From: Candidatus Omnitrophota bacterium
Lineage (GTDB): Bacteria > Omnitrophota > Gorgyraeia > Gygaellales > Profunditerraquicolaceae
Assembly (NCBI GenBank): GCA_030691865.1
Contig: JAUYDL010000018.1
Coordinates: 9,518-73,517 of the forward strand
Length of the DNA: 64,000 bases
Reading direction: 5' to 3'
Under the pieces are notes generated by a model. That model did not search any database and was not told the origin of the DNA. It saw only the letters and a list, made by a program, of their open reading frames with translations. Positions 17,739-25,282 of this stretch are shown piece after piece; position 1 is the stretch's first letter, and each line of letters begins with the position of its first letter. The translations under genes were made by a program, and so were the position numbers.

Positions 17739-18094
17739 TGTTAATCGGGACCGGGGTAGATATTACTGAGGTACGGCGTATCCGTCAAGCAGTTGAAAAA
17801 TGGGGGGAGGATTTTCTTAAACGTGTTTTTACGGAAGCGGAAATAAAAAATGCTAAAACTAAAACTTCTTTTTATCAGCATTTGGCCGGAAGATTCGCTG
17901 CCAAAGAGGCAATTTTTAAGGCAGTAGGAGATAATCAGCTTTCCTGGCAGGATATTCAAATACATAATGACCAACAGGGTAAGCCGGTTTGTCTATTCTT
18001 AAACGGCAGAGGTAAAAATATTAACGTACATATTTCTATTTCGCATGTTAAAACTTATGCGGTTGCCAACGCAGTTGTTACGAAGAAAAGCTGA
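17738..18094 (+). CDS. acpS: holo-[acyl-carrier-protein] synthase
   Basis: 118 aa with the 4'-phosphopantetheinyl transferase fold, beginning MLIGTGVDITEVRRI. Confidence 0.85.
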   Translation: MLIGTGVDITEVRRIRQAVEKWGEDFLKRVFTEAEIKNAKTKTSFYQHLAGRFAAKEAIFKAVGDNQLSWQDIQIHNDQQGKPVCLFLNGRGKNINVHISISHVKTYAVANAVVTKKS

Positions 18095-18911
18095 TTCCCA
18101 TAAGGGTGACTATGGAAGAATCCTGATTTTAGCCGGCTCAAACAGATTTTCCGGAGCGGCTTTGCTTTGCGCCGAATCAACTTTGCGCGCCGGAGCAGGA
18201 GCCGTCACAGTAGGTATACCGGCGAGCATCAATGCGGCCTTAATTAAAAACAAAACAAAAGAAGTGATGACTTTGCCGCTGCCGCAGACCAGAGCAGGAA
18301 CGTTAAGTTTAGCGGCATTTTCTAAAATCAAGCCTTTTCTTAAAAATACTGACGTCTTAATAATTGGCCCAGGCTTAGGTTGCGATAAATCAACTTACGC
18401 GTTGGTAAGAAAAATAGTCAGGGAATTAAACCTGCCCATGGTGATTGATGCTGATGCGCTTGGAGCCCTTAATCGTCATTTGGGGATACTTAAGCAGCAC
18501 AAAGGAAAAGTTATCTTAACTCCACACGCTAAAGAGATGGCCGGCCTTTTCGGAATAGACATTGATTTTATAAAGAAAAATAGGAAATTGGTTGCGAAAA
18601 AGTATGCGAAACATTATAATAGTATAATTATCCTTAAGGGACATAAGAGTATTGTAACTGATGGTAGAAGAAAGTTTTATATAAATAAGACCGGTAATCC
18701 CGGAATGGCAACTGCCGGAAGCGGAGATGTGCTCAGCGGTATTGTGGGTGCATTTTTAGCCCAGGGATTAGATGCTTTTAGTGCGGCAAAATATGCAACA
18801 GGAATTCACGGCTTAGCCGGGGATATCGCAGCAAAAGATAAAACTCAAATGGGATTAATTGCCTCTGATATTATCAACAGAATTCCAGATGCGATTAAAA
18901 AATCTAGTTAG
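18045..18911 (+). CDS. nnrD: ADP-dependent NAD(P)H-hydrate dehydratase (YjeF C-terminal domain)
   Basis: 288 aa. The motif KGDYGRILILAGS and the carbohydrate-kinase-like domain are present. The true start may be the internal Met at 18060, because the ORF overlaps the acpS 3' end. Confidence 0.8.
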   Translation: MLKLMRLPTQLLRRKADSHKGDYGRILILAGSNRFSGAALLCAESTLRAGAGAVTVGIPASINAALIKNKTKEVMTLPLPQTRAGTLSLAAFSKIKPFLKNTDVLIIGPGLGCDKSTYALVRKIVRELNLPMVIDADALGALNRHLGILKQHKGKVILTPHAKEMAGLFGIDIDFIKKNRKLVAKKYAKHYNSIIILKGHKSIVTDGRRKFYINKTGNPGMATAGSGDVLSGIVGAFLAQGLDAFSAAKYATGIHGLAGDIAAKDKTQMGLIASDIINRIPDAIKKSS

Positions 18912-18912
18912 T

Positions 18913-18984
18913 GCCGGCGTAGCTCAGTTGGTAGAGCGATAGTTCTGTAAACTATGGGTCGGGGGTTCAATTCCTCTCGCCGGC
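18913..18984 (+). tRNA. tRNA-Thr (anticodon UGU)
   Basis: Acceptor GCCGGCG/CGCCGGC, D-arm GCTCAGTTGGTAGAGC and anticodon arm ATAGT-TCTGTAA-ACTAT. Overall it resembles Bacillus tRNA-Thr(UGU). The loop reads UCUGUAA, which places C at nominal position 33. Confidence 0.75.
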
Positions 18985-19011
18985 TTAATATGAAGGAATT
19001 TATATTGAAAT

Positions 19012-19296
19012 GGGCAGGTACCCAAGTGGCCAAAGGGGACAGACTGTGTGAACGCAGCGTCTTGCCGAAAGGCAGGGTGGAAAAGTAGGTGAATTCAGGG
19101 GAGCCCCAAGTAACTCTTGGGGGAATCCTGAGCCAAGCCCGCTGTTCATCATCGCGGGAAGGTGCAGAGACTAAGCGCCTACCACCTAAAGTTAAAAACC
19201 AGGGTGATGAGATAGTCCAAGCTTCGGGGTAACTCGAAGGCACTTGAAATCTGTTGCACTCGTGCTTCAAAGGTTCGAATCCTTTCCTGCCCACCA
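19012..19296 (+). tRNA. tRNA-Tyr (anticodon GUA) interrupted by a 199-nt group I intron; CCA encoded
   Basis: The 5' exon is GGGCAGGTACCCAAGTGGCCAAAGGGGACAGACTGT and the 3' exon AAATCTGTTGCACTCGTGCTTCAAAGGTTCGAATCCTTTCCTGCCCACCA. Joined, they give a class-II tRNA-Tyr with the long variable arm and anticodon loop CUGUAAA, very similar to E. coli tyrU. Confidence 0.75.
19048..19246 (+). ncRNA. group I self-splicing intron (IC3-like, Azoarcus tRNA-Ile intron type) in the anticodon loop of tRNA-Tyr
   Basis: The 5' exon ends in U, and the intron's GCAG can pair with exon CUGU to form P1. A P2 hairpin CUUGCC-GAAA-GGCAGG is present. The core GGGAAGGUGCAGAGACUAAGCGCCUACCACCUAAAG nearly matches the Azoarcus intron core GAUGAAGGUGUAGAGACUAGACGGCACCCACCUAAGG. 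The intron ends with G (CACUUG) before AAA. Confidence 0.7.
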
Positions 19297-19344
19297 TTTT
19301 TTGCGGGGTACTCCCGCAAAGACGATTGAAAAGTTACATCTTTT

Positions 19345-19415
19345 GCGGGAGTAGTTCAGTGGTAGAACAATAGCCTTCCAAGCTATGAATGGGGGTTCGA
19401 TTCCCCTCTCCCGCT
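19345..19415 (+). tRNA. tRNA-Gly (anticodon UCC)
   Basis: Acceptor GCGGGAG/CTCCCGC, anticodon arm ATAGC-CTTCCAA-GCTAT, T-arm GGGGGTTCGATTCCCC and discriminator T. Confidence 0.85.
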
Positions 19416-19424
19416 TATGCCACT

Positions 19425-20873
19425 ATGAGCACCGAAATGAAAGATATGTTTCCCAGTCTAATAGAAAATGCCGCAGTATTGATGCTTTATTTAGACCATA
19501 ATGGAAAGGTTGCTCTTTGTAATAAGAAAACTGAAAGCATGGTTGGGCTTAAACATGCGGATATCATAGGAAAAAACTGGCTTGAGGTATTGTTCAGGGA
19601 TACAAATAATACTATGAAAAGAGAGATGTTTAAGGCAGTGCTGGATGATGCTTTGACCTATAAAAGGGCAAAGGACTTTGAGTGTCATCTCTTGAGTAAT
19701 CATGGTAACGCCCGGCTGGTCTCTTGGAATATCACTCCCATTCTTGACAAAAATAATCAGATTCAGGGAAGCCTGCTTTTTGGCCATGATATTACCGAGA
19801 TCCAGGAACGAGAAAATTCGGTCAAGAATATCGACGACACCCTAAAGAATATTATCTCCAGCATTAATGAGTATGCTTTATACGTAATTAATCTGGATGG
19901 CCTGATTACTTATTTCGGGATGGGTTGCGAAACGATGTTCGGCTACAGTAAGCCCGAGATCATCTTTAAACACGTAAGCATTCTGCATAATATTAATCAA
20001 GCCGTCTCTGAGCTTGGCCTGATTTTGGAGCGTGTGCGTCTATTTGGTAAGTACGAATTAGAACTGAAACTGTTTACTAAAGCTGGCGTGGTTATTCCGG
20101 TGAGATTAACGGTTAATCAATTTCTAGATGCCAGTAGCAAGCTAACCGGTTATATATTTATTGCCAAAGATATAACCGAGACAAAAAAATTGGAATACCA
20201 GGTCTTCCAGGCTGAAAAATTAGCCGCTCTGGGGCAACTCTCTACCGGTATGGCCCACGAAATTAATAACCCTCTTTTTGTTATCTCCGGAAGGTTAGAG
20301 ATGCTTAAACAGGAAGGGCTTAGTCAGGAGTTTAAAGAGACGATTAATTTAATTGACTCTCAGGTTAATCGTATACGTAAACTGGTTGATCGGATTCTAA
20401 AGTTTGCACGTAAATCAACCATGACTCCGGAGGCGATTAATATTAATGAAATTATCGAACTAGTTTTACCCCTGGTTCATTATAATAAATTACCGTCGGT
20501 TAAAGTTGAAATCGAAAAATCTTTTGAAAAAAATATGCCAAAAATCTCAGGCGACCCGGATCAGCTACAAGAAGTTTTTCTGAATATGATTATTAATGCT
20601 TATCAGGCCATGCCTGAGGGTGGAATAATTAAAATTACTACGAGCAATTTCCAGAATCTTTATGCCCAGATACAAATAACTGACACCGGGGTCGGCATTC
20701 CGGCGGCTAACTTTAAAAATATTTTTATGCCTTTTTTTTCAACTAAAGGCCAGGGTACCGGATTAGGATTATCAATTTGTCATAACATTATTAAGAACCA
20801 TAACGGCTCTATTGAATTGGAAAGCCGGATCAATCAAGGAACAACTTTTACCGTTAAATTACCTTTTATCTAA
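19425..20873 (+). CDS. cytoplasmic PAS-domain sensor histidine kinase
   Basis: Two PAS-like regions, a HisKA H-box LSTGMAHEINNPL and HATPase_c G-boxes GTGLGLS. The start was moved to the Met (MSTEMKDM) because the track ORF start at 19389 overlaps tRNA-Gly. Confidence 0.8.
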   Translation: MSTEMKDMFPSLIENAAVLMLYLDHNGKVALCNKKTESMVGLKHADIIGKNWLEVLFRDTNNTMKREMFKAVLDDALTYKRAKDFECHLLSNHGNARLVSWNITPILDKNNQIQGSLLFGHDITEIQERENSVKNIDDTLKNIISSINEYALYVINLDGLITYFGMGCETMFGYSKPEIIFKHVSILHNINQAVSELGLILERVRLFGKYELELKLFTKAGVVIPVRLTVNQFLDASSKLTGYIFIAKDITETKKLEYQVFQAEKLAALGQLSTGMAHEINNPLFVISGRLEMLKQEGLSQEFKETINLIDSQVNRIRKLVDRILKFARKSTMTPEAININEIIELVLPLVHYNKLPSVKVEIEKSFEKNMPKISGDPDQLQEVFLNMIINAYQAMPEGGIIKITTSNFQNLYAQIQITDTGVGIPAANFKNIFMPFFSTKGQGTGLGLSICHNIIKNHNGSIELESRINQGTTFTVKLPFI

Positions 20874-20875
20874 AG

Positions 20876-20975
20876 ACACCCGGCGCTAATTGGCACCCCA
20901 CGCTAAGCTGAATTGCGTGGGTGTCCGTCAGGTGACGGAGAATTGCGCCGGTGTTGTGTTCGTACACAAGGAGGT
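20876..20975 (+). repeat. nested GC-rich palindromic element in the 5' leader: outer ACACCCGGCGC...GCGCCGGTGT enclosing CACCCCACGC-TAAGCTGAATT-GCGTGGGTG and CCGTCAGGTGACGG, then TTGTGTTCGTACACAAGGAGG
   Basis: Inverted repeats read directly. An almost identical copy lies at 28213-28310 and related copies at 3958-3990, 23135-23165 and 34736-34881. The element begins 3 nt after the HK stop. Confidence 0.7.
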
Positions 20976-20979
20976 AACT

Positions 20980-21366
20980 GTGCTCTATAAAGTTTTAGTT
21001 GTTGATGATGAATCAGCCGTGAGGGACTTACTGAGAGATTTTTTAAAAAAAGAGGATTGTCTGTCGATTACTTGTAGAAGTGGTGAAGAGGCATTGGCCA
21101 TACTTAAAAAAGAAACTTTTGATGCTGTATTATTGGACATCAAGCTCTCCGGAATGAGCGGTTTAGAGGTGCTTAAAGAAATCAGAAAGAATTATGCGAA
21201 TTTGCCGGTAGTGATGATCACGGGTTTTGGATTTGATGAAGAATTGATTTATAAAAGCAAACAGCTTGGCTGCAGCGGTTTTATCGGTAAAAACATACCG
21301 ATGACCCAAATTATCGTTACCTTTAAGCAATTTGTAAAAGAGGCTAAAGGAAAAGGCAGCTCTTAA
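20980..21366 (+). CDS. stand-alone response-regulator receiver (REC) protein
   Basis: GTG start 5 nt after AAGGAGG gives MLYKVLVVDDESAVRDLL... with a conserved Asp in LLDIKLSGMSG. There is no output domain. The track ORF start at 20890 reads through the repeat and was rejected. Confidence 0.7.
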   Translation: MLYKVLVVDDESAVRDLLRDFLKKEDCLSITCRSGEEALAILKKETFDAVLLDIKLSGMSGLEVLKEIRKNYANLPVVMITGFGFDEELIYKSKQLGCSGFIGKNIPMTQIIVTFKQFVKEAKGKGSS

Positions 21367-22124
21367 TGAGTGAAGAATTTTTAAAACCGGTTTTTATTGA
21401 TGCCTTTGATCTTGATGATGCCTGGTTTCAATGCCTATCCGTGATTTTAGATAAAGGGCATGTTTATACGATTACCCGCGGAAGCTACGAAGGGCAAAAG
21501 AGGCTGGAATTTGATTTTATTTCCATCCGGATACGTAAACCCAGCCATCAGATTATTCCTATAATTCCGGAAGGCATGAGTATTCCTGCTCCGACAGATA
21601 TGGATTATATCCAGGGGTATCTTAGTTATCTGCTTACCGGGGCCAAGACTGAAACTGAGGATTATACTTACGGGGAAAGGTTAGTTGATCCTAAGGTTAA
21701 GATTAAGCAAAATTTAAATGGCCAGGAATTGATTTCGGATATGCCTTTAAATGTTAATCAAATAGAAGAAGTAATTAAAATGTACAAAGAAAAGGGCTCA
21801 GGGACTAATCAAGCGGTCATGGAAATCGGTATGCCTTCAGATATAAAGTTAATTGATCCGCCTTGCTTAAGGTTAATTGATACACGGCTGCGTTATGGTA
21901 AATTGCATTTCATACTTTATTTTCGTTCCTGGGATCTTTGGGGCGGTTTTCCCTCCAACCTGGGTGGTTTACAACTGGTAAAACAATATATGGCTGAAGA
22001 GATCGGGGTCGAGGATGGAGAAATTATTGCCGTAAGCAAAGGCTTGCATCTTTATGATTATGCTTGGGATCTGGCAATGTTAAGAACAAATAAAAAGAGG
22101 GATTTTAAAGTAAATCATGTCTAA
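21366..22124 (+). CDS. thymidylate synthase ThyA-like protein (archaeal-type, short form)
   Basis: 252 aa. A ThyA-fold catalytic Cys lies in DPPCLRLID, an R-S-x-D phosphate-binding motif in FRSWDLWGG, and the pyrimidine-binding Asn in GFPSNLGG. The C-terminus has KGLHLYD. The length fits archaeal-type ThyA paralogs. Confidence 0.55.
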   Translation: MSEEFLKPVFIDAFDLDDAWFQCLSVILDKGHVYTITRGSYEGQKRLEFDFISIRIRKPSHQIIPIIPEGMSIPAPTDMDYIQGYLSYLLTGAKTETEDYTYGERLVDPKVKIKQNLNGQELISDMPLNVNQIEEVIKMYKEKGSGTNQAVMEIGMPSDIKLIDPPCLRLIDTRLRYGKLHFILYFRSWDLWGGFPSNLGGLQLVKQYMAEEIGVEDGEIIAVSKGLHLYDYAWDLAMLRTNKKRDFKVNHV

Positions 22125-23112
22125 GCTGCGCATTGCGATATTAGGAGATGGGGGGTGGGGAACGACATTAGCGGTATTGCTTTCTAATAAAGGCTATTCT
22201 GTTACGCTTTGGGGTGCCTTTGCCGACTATACTAAAAGGATGGTTAAAACCAGGTATAATCCAAAATTCCTACCGGGAATAAAAATTCCGCGCCGAATCA
22301 AAATAACCAGCGATATAAAAAGTGCAGCCAAAGATAAAGAAATTGTCGTATTGGCGATCCCTTCTCAATATACCAGGCTGACGCTGAGAAAGATTGTAGG
22401 TAGCTTTGCTAAAAAAACTATTTTTTTAAGTGTGACTAAAGGGATTGAAATAAGCTCTTCTAAAAGAATATCCGAAGTAATCCGCGCAGAGCTTGGGCCG
22501 GTCAAACTTGCCGTCCTATCCGGGCCGACTATTGCCGGCGAGGTAGCTAAAGAAGTTCCGACGGCCGCGGTGGTGGCTTCAAGTAGTAAGCAAATACGCA
22601 AAACTATCCAAGCAGTATTTAGTACAAAAAGATTTCGCGTGTATACTAACCCGGATGTGATTGGCGTAGAATTAGGGGGCAGTTTAAAGAATGTAATCGC
22701 CATTGCCTGTGGCGTATCTGATGGGTTAGGATTTGGCACCAACACTAAAGCCGCCATCCTTACCCGGGGGCTTGCCGAGATTTCCAGATTAGGCAAGGCA
22801 ATGGGTGCAAAATTAGAGACCTTCAGCGGGATAAGCGGATTAGGAGATCTAGTTACAACCTGTATCAGTAAACAGAGCCGTAATCGCAGTGTGGGAGAAC
22901 TGATCGGAAAAGGTAAGAACCTGGAAGAAATTTGCCGGCACATGCAGATGGTCGCTGAGGGGGTACCCACAGCAAAATCTGCCTATGCTTTAAGTTTGAA
23001 ATATAAGATAGATATGCCTATAATCAGAGAGGTGTATTATTTACTTTATAAGAATAAATCTCCAGCTCAAGCGGTAAAAGATCTGATGACGAGAAAAAGT
23101 AAAGAAGAATAG
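22117..23112 (+). CDS. gpsA: NAD(P)H-dependent glycerol-3-phosphate dehydrogenase
   Basis: 331 aa. The N-terminus MSKLRIAILGDGGWGTTLA has the Rossmann GxGxxG motif, and the GpsA C-terminal domain is present. Confidence 0.9.
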   Translation: MSKLRIAILGDGGWGTTLAVLLSNKGYSVTLWGAFADYTKRMVKTRYNPKFLPGIKIPRRIKITSDIKSAAKDKEIVVLAIPSQYTRLTLRKIVGSFAKKTIFLSVTKGIEISSSKRISEVIRAELGPVKLAVLSGPTIAGEVAKEVPTAAVVASSSKQIRKTIQAVFSTKRFRVYTNPDVIGVELGGSLKNVIAIACGVSDGLGFGTNTKAAILTRGLAEISRLGKAMGAKLETFSGISGLGDLVTTCISKQSRNRSVGELIGKGKNLEEICRHMQMVAEGVPTAKSAYALSLKYKIDMPIIREVYYLLYKNKSPAQAVKDLMTRKSKEE

Positions 23113-23134
23113 CAACTGACATCAATAAACAACG

Positions 23135-23165
23135 GCACCCGGCGCTAAGCGGAATTGCGCCGGTG
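23135..23165. repeat. single-module copy of the GC-palindrome family: GCACCCGGCGC-TAAGCGGAATT-GCGCCGGTGC
   Basis: A 10-bp stem with an 11-nt loop of the same TAA..GAATT type as the other copies. It lies between gpsA and tRNA-Pro. Confidence 0.65.
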
Positions 23166-23178
23166 CGCAATAGGTATT

Positions 23179-23256
23179 GCGGGGCGTGGCTCAGCTTGGT
23201 AGAGCGCTTGAATGGGGTTCAAGAGGTCACAGGTTCAAGTCCTGTCGCCCCGACCA
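23179..23256 (+). tRNA. tRNA-Pro (anticodon GGG), CCA encoded
   Basis: A C1:G72 acceptor (CGGGGCG/CGCCCCG) is typical of bacterial tRNA-Pro. The anticodon arm is CTTGA-ATGGGGT-TCAAG (GGG), and the T-arm ACAGGTTCAAGTCCTGT is followed by ACCA. Confidence 0.85.
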
Positions 23257-23270
23257 GATTAGAGGTAATT

Positions 23271-23612
23271 ATGGAGGAAAAAAGGCAAAACGCTCGAATT
23301 GATAAGCCATTGATTATGCAATATGCTCAAAGTACACCAGAACCACTGCGCTGGGATTCTACTACAATTAAGAATATTAGCACCGATGGGATTTTATTTA
23401 ATACCAATAAAATTTTCGGCAAAAACGAAAGGCTGCAGTTACGTTTTACAATACCAGCTGATCCCTTTAATCGCCTGGAAGCAGTAGGCGAAGTGGTGGA
23501 ATCTGTCCTCCATGGCCATAGAACGCGTATAAAGTTTATCAATCTGGGCGAGCATGAGAAGAAGGTAATCGGCGATTATGTGGAGTGTTTATTAAGAAGC
23601 AATAAAAAGTAA
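23271..23612 (+). CDS. single-domain PilZ (c-di-GMP-binding) protein
   Basis: 113 aa from the ATG after tRNA-Pro. It has an RxxxR motif (RQNAR) and a (D/N)xSxxG motif (NISTDGI). The 149-aa track ORF start overlaps the tRNA and was rejected. Confidence 0.6.
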   Translation: MEEKRQNARIDKPLIMQYAQSTPEPLRWDSTTIKNISTDGILFNTNKIFGKNERLQLRFTIPADPFNRLEAVGEVVESVLHGHRTRIKFINLGEHEKKVIGDYVECLLRSNKK

Positions 23613-23624
23613 AGAGGAGGATAT

Positions 23625-23984
23625 ATGTCAAAAAAATACGAAGGCACAGAGAGAAGAAAGTATTCCCGCGCAAACGGAAGATTTATTGTTTCCTATAGGG
23701 TTATTCCAAATAACAGAAACGCCGATATTTCACAGACTAAAAATTTAAGCTTAGGCGGGATGCTTCTGACCACCAATTGTCAGTTTTCGGTAGGAACAAA
23801 TTTAGCGCTTGAGATTCGCCTGCCCTTTGATCCTGATCCGATTATGACTATCGCTAAGGTCCTGGAATCAAATGAAATTACCAAGGGTATAATTTATGAT
23901 ACGCGTCTTGCTTTCTTAGCGGTAGATGAAAAGCATCGCAAAGTAATCGGTGAAACAGTCGCTTATTATCTTAAGAAAGGTTAA
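23625..23984 (+). CDS. single-domain PilZ (c-di-GMP-binding) protein, a paralog in tandem
   Basis: 119 aa with the RxxxR motif (RRKYSR) and NLSLGGM (DxSxGG-type). Confidence 0.6.
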   Translation: MSKKYEGTERRKYSRANGRFIVSYRVIPNNRNADISQTKNLSLGGMLLTTNCQFSVGTNLALEIRLPFDPDPIMTIAKVLESNEITKGIIYDTRLAFLAVDEKHRKVIGETVAYYLKKG

Positions 23985-23986
23985 CT

Positions 23987-25282
23987 ATGAGAAAAATCAA
24001 TGTCGGGATTATCGGTTTCGGCAATATCGGATGTGGAGTGGTAAAGGTCCTTGGTTCTAGAAAATCGCTATTGGCGCAAAAAATAGAAACCGAAATCGTA
24101 ATTAAAAAAATATGCGACAAGGATCTTACCAGGGAAAGAGATGTTGTTGTAGATAAAGCCTTACTCACTAACGATGCCTATGAAATTATTAATGATCCCG
24201 GAATTGACATTATTGTGGAATTAATAGGCGGGATTAATCCGGCCAAAGAGTTTATTTTAGCGGCTTTAAAAAAAGGTAAACATGTGGTTACTGCCAATAA
24301 AGCCCTGTTGGCCCAACATGGTAATGAGTTATTCAGAGAGGCCATGGAGCGAGGAAAAAATATTTATTTTGAAGCTTCGGTAGGCGCAGGCATCCCAATT
24401 ATAAAATCCATTAAAGAAGGGCTGGTGGCCAATAAATTCAGCAGTATTTTTGGTATTGTAAACGGCACATCAAATTATGTGCTTACGCAGATGTCTAAAG
24501 AAAACTGCTCTTTTGTTAATGCCTTAAGCAAAGCTAAGCTTAAGGGATTTGCCGAAAAGGATTCCACTTTCGATATCCAGGGTATTGACTCAGCGCATAA
24601 GCTCGTATTGCTTACTTATCTGGCTTTTGGAAAAATTGTTAATCTAAAAGATATTTTTATTGAAGGTATAACTCAAGTTTCTGCCTCTGATATTGCTTAT
24701 GCTAAAGAGTTAGGATACACCATAAAATTATTGGCCATCGCTAAGAAGGAAATCGATGAGTTAGAAGTTCGGGTTCATCCAACCCTTTTACCCAGCGAAC
24801 ATCTGCTTTCTTCGGTAGACGGGGTTTTTAATGCTATTTATGTCTCTAGCGACCTGGCAGGGGATCTTATGTTTTACGGACCGGGGGCAGGGCAATTACC
24901 CGCTGCCTCGGCAGTTGTTTCGGATATTGTTGATCTCACTCAGGATATTAAAGCTGGATTGTTTAGGCCAACTTTAAATTCCCGGGAAGATAACTCCATT
25001 AAAGGTTTACGTAAAATAGATGAATTTGAAAATAAATATTACATCCGAATTACGGCAGTAGATAAACCGGGAGTATTAGCAAAAATATCCGGAATCCTGG
25101 CAAAATTCGGTATTAGCATTGCTTCCGTTACTCAAAAGGAGAGGCTAAAATCTCATATTGTGCCGGTAGTGATGGTTACGCACGAAGTAAAAGAAAAAAA
25201 TCTGCGGGGCGCCTTAAAAATGATTGATAAATTGGCAGAGATTAAAGATAAATCTATCGCCATACGGATCGAAGGTGTTTAA
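23987..25282 (+). CDS. hom: homoserine dehydrogenase with a C-terminal ACT domain
   Basis: 431 aa. The N-terminus [20 protein letters not shown] has the NAD-binding motif. A catalytic domain and ACT domain follow. Confidence 0.9.
   Translation: MRKINVGIIGFGNIGCGVVKVLGSRKSLLAQKIETEIVIKKICDKDLTRERDVVVDKALLTNDAYEIINDPGIDIIVELIGGINPAKEFILAALKKGKHVVTANKALLAQHGNELFREAMERGKNIYFEASVGAGIPIIKSIKEGLVANKFSSIFGIVNGTSNYVLTQMSKENCSFVNALSKAKLKGFAEKDSTFDIQGIDSAHKLVLLTYLAFGKIVNLKDIFIEGITQVSASDIAYAKELGYTIKLLAIAKKEIDELEVRVHPTLLPSEHLLSSVDGVFNAIYVSSDLAGDLMFYGPGAGQLPAASAVVSDIVDLTQDIKAGLFRPTLNSREDNSIKGLRKIDEFENKYYIRITAVDKPGVLAKISGILAKFGISIASVTQKERLKSHIVPVVMVTHEVKEKNLRGALKMIDKLAEIKDKSIAIRIEGV

Noticed and set aside
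18908-19297. 129-aa minus-strand ORF from the six-frame track
   Set aside because: It lies entirely across the tRNA-Thr/tRNA-Tyr(intron)/tRNA-Gly cluster on the opposite strand. The RNA genes explain this region, and the ORF is a translation artefact.
20890-20979. N-terminal extensions of the track ORFs (REC gene from 20890; ask from 28250; PilZ from 23163; HK from 19389)
   Set aside because: The extra codons are read-through of the GC-palindrome repeats or tRNAs (for example [21 protein letters not shown]... and [23 protein letters not shown]). The real starts are the ATG or GTG codons placed 5-8 nt after strong SD sequences.
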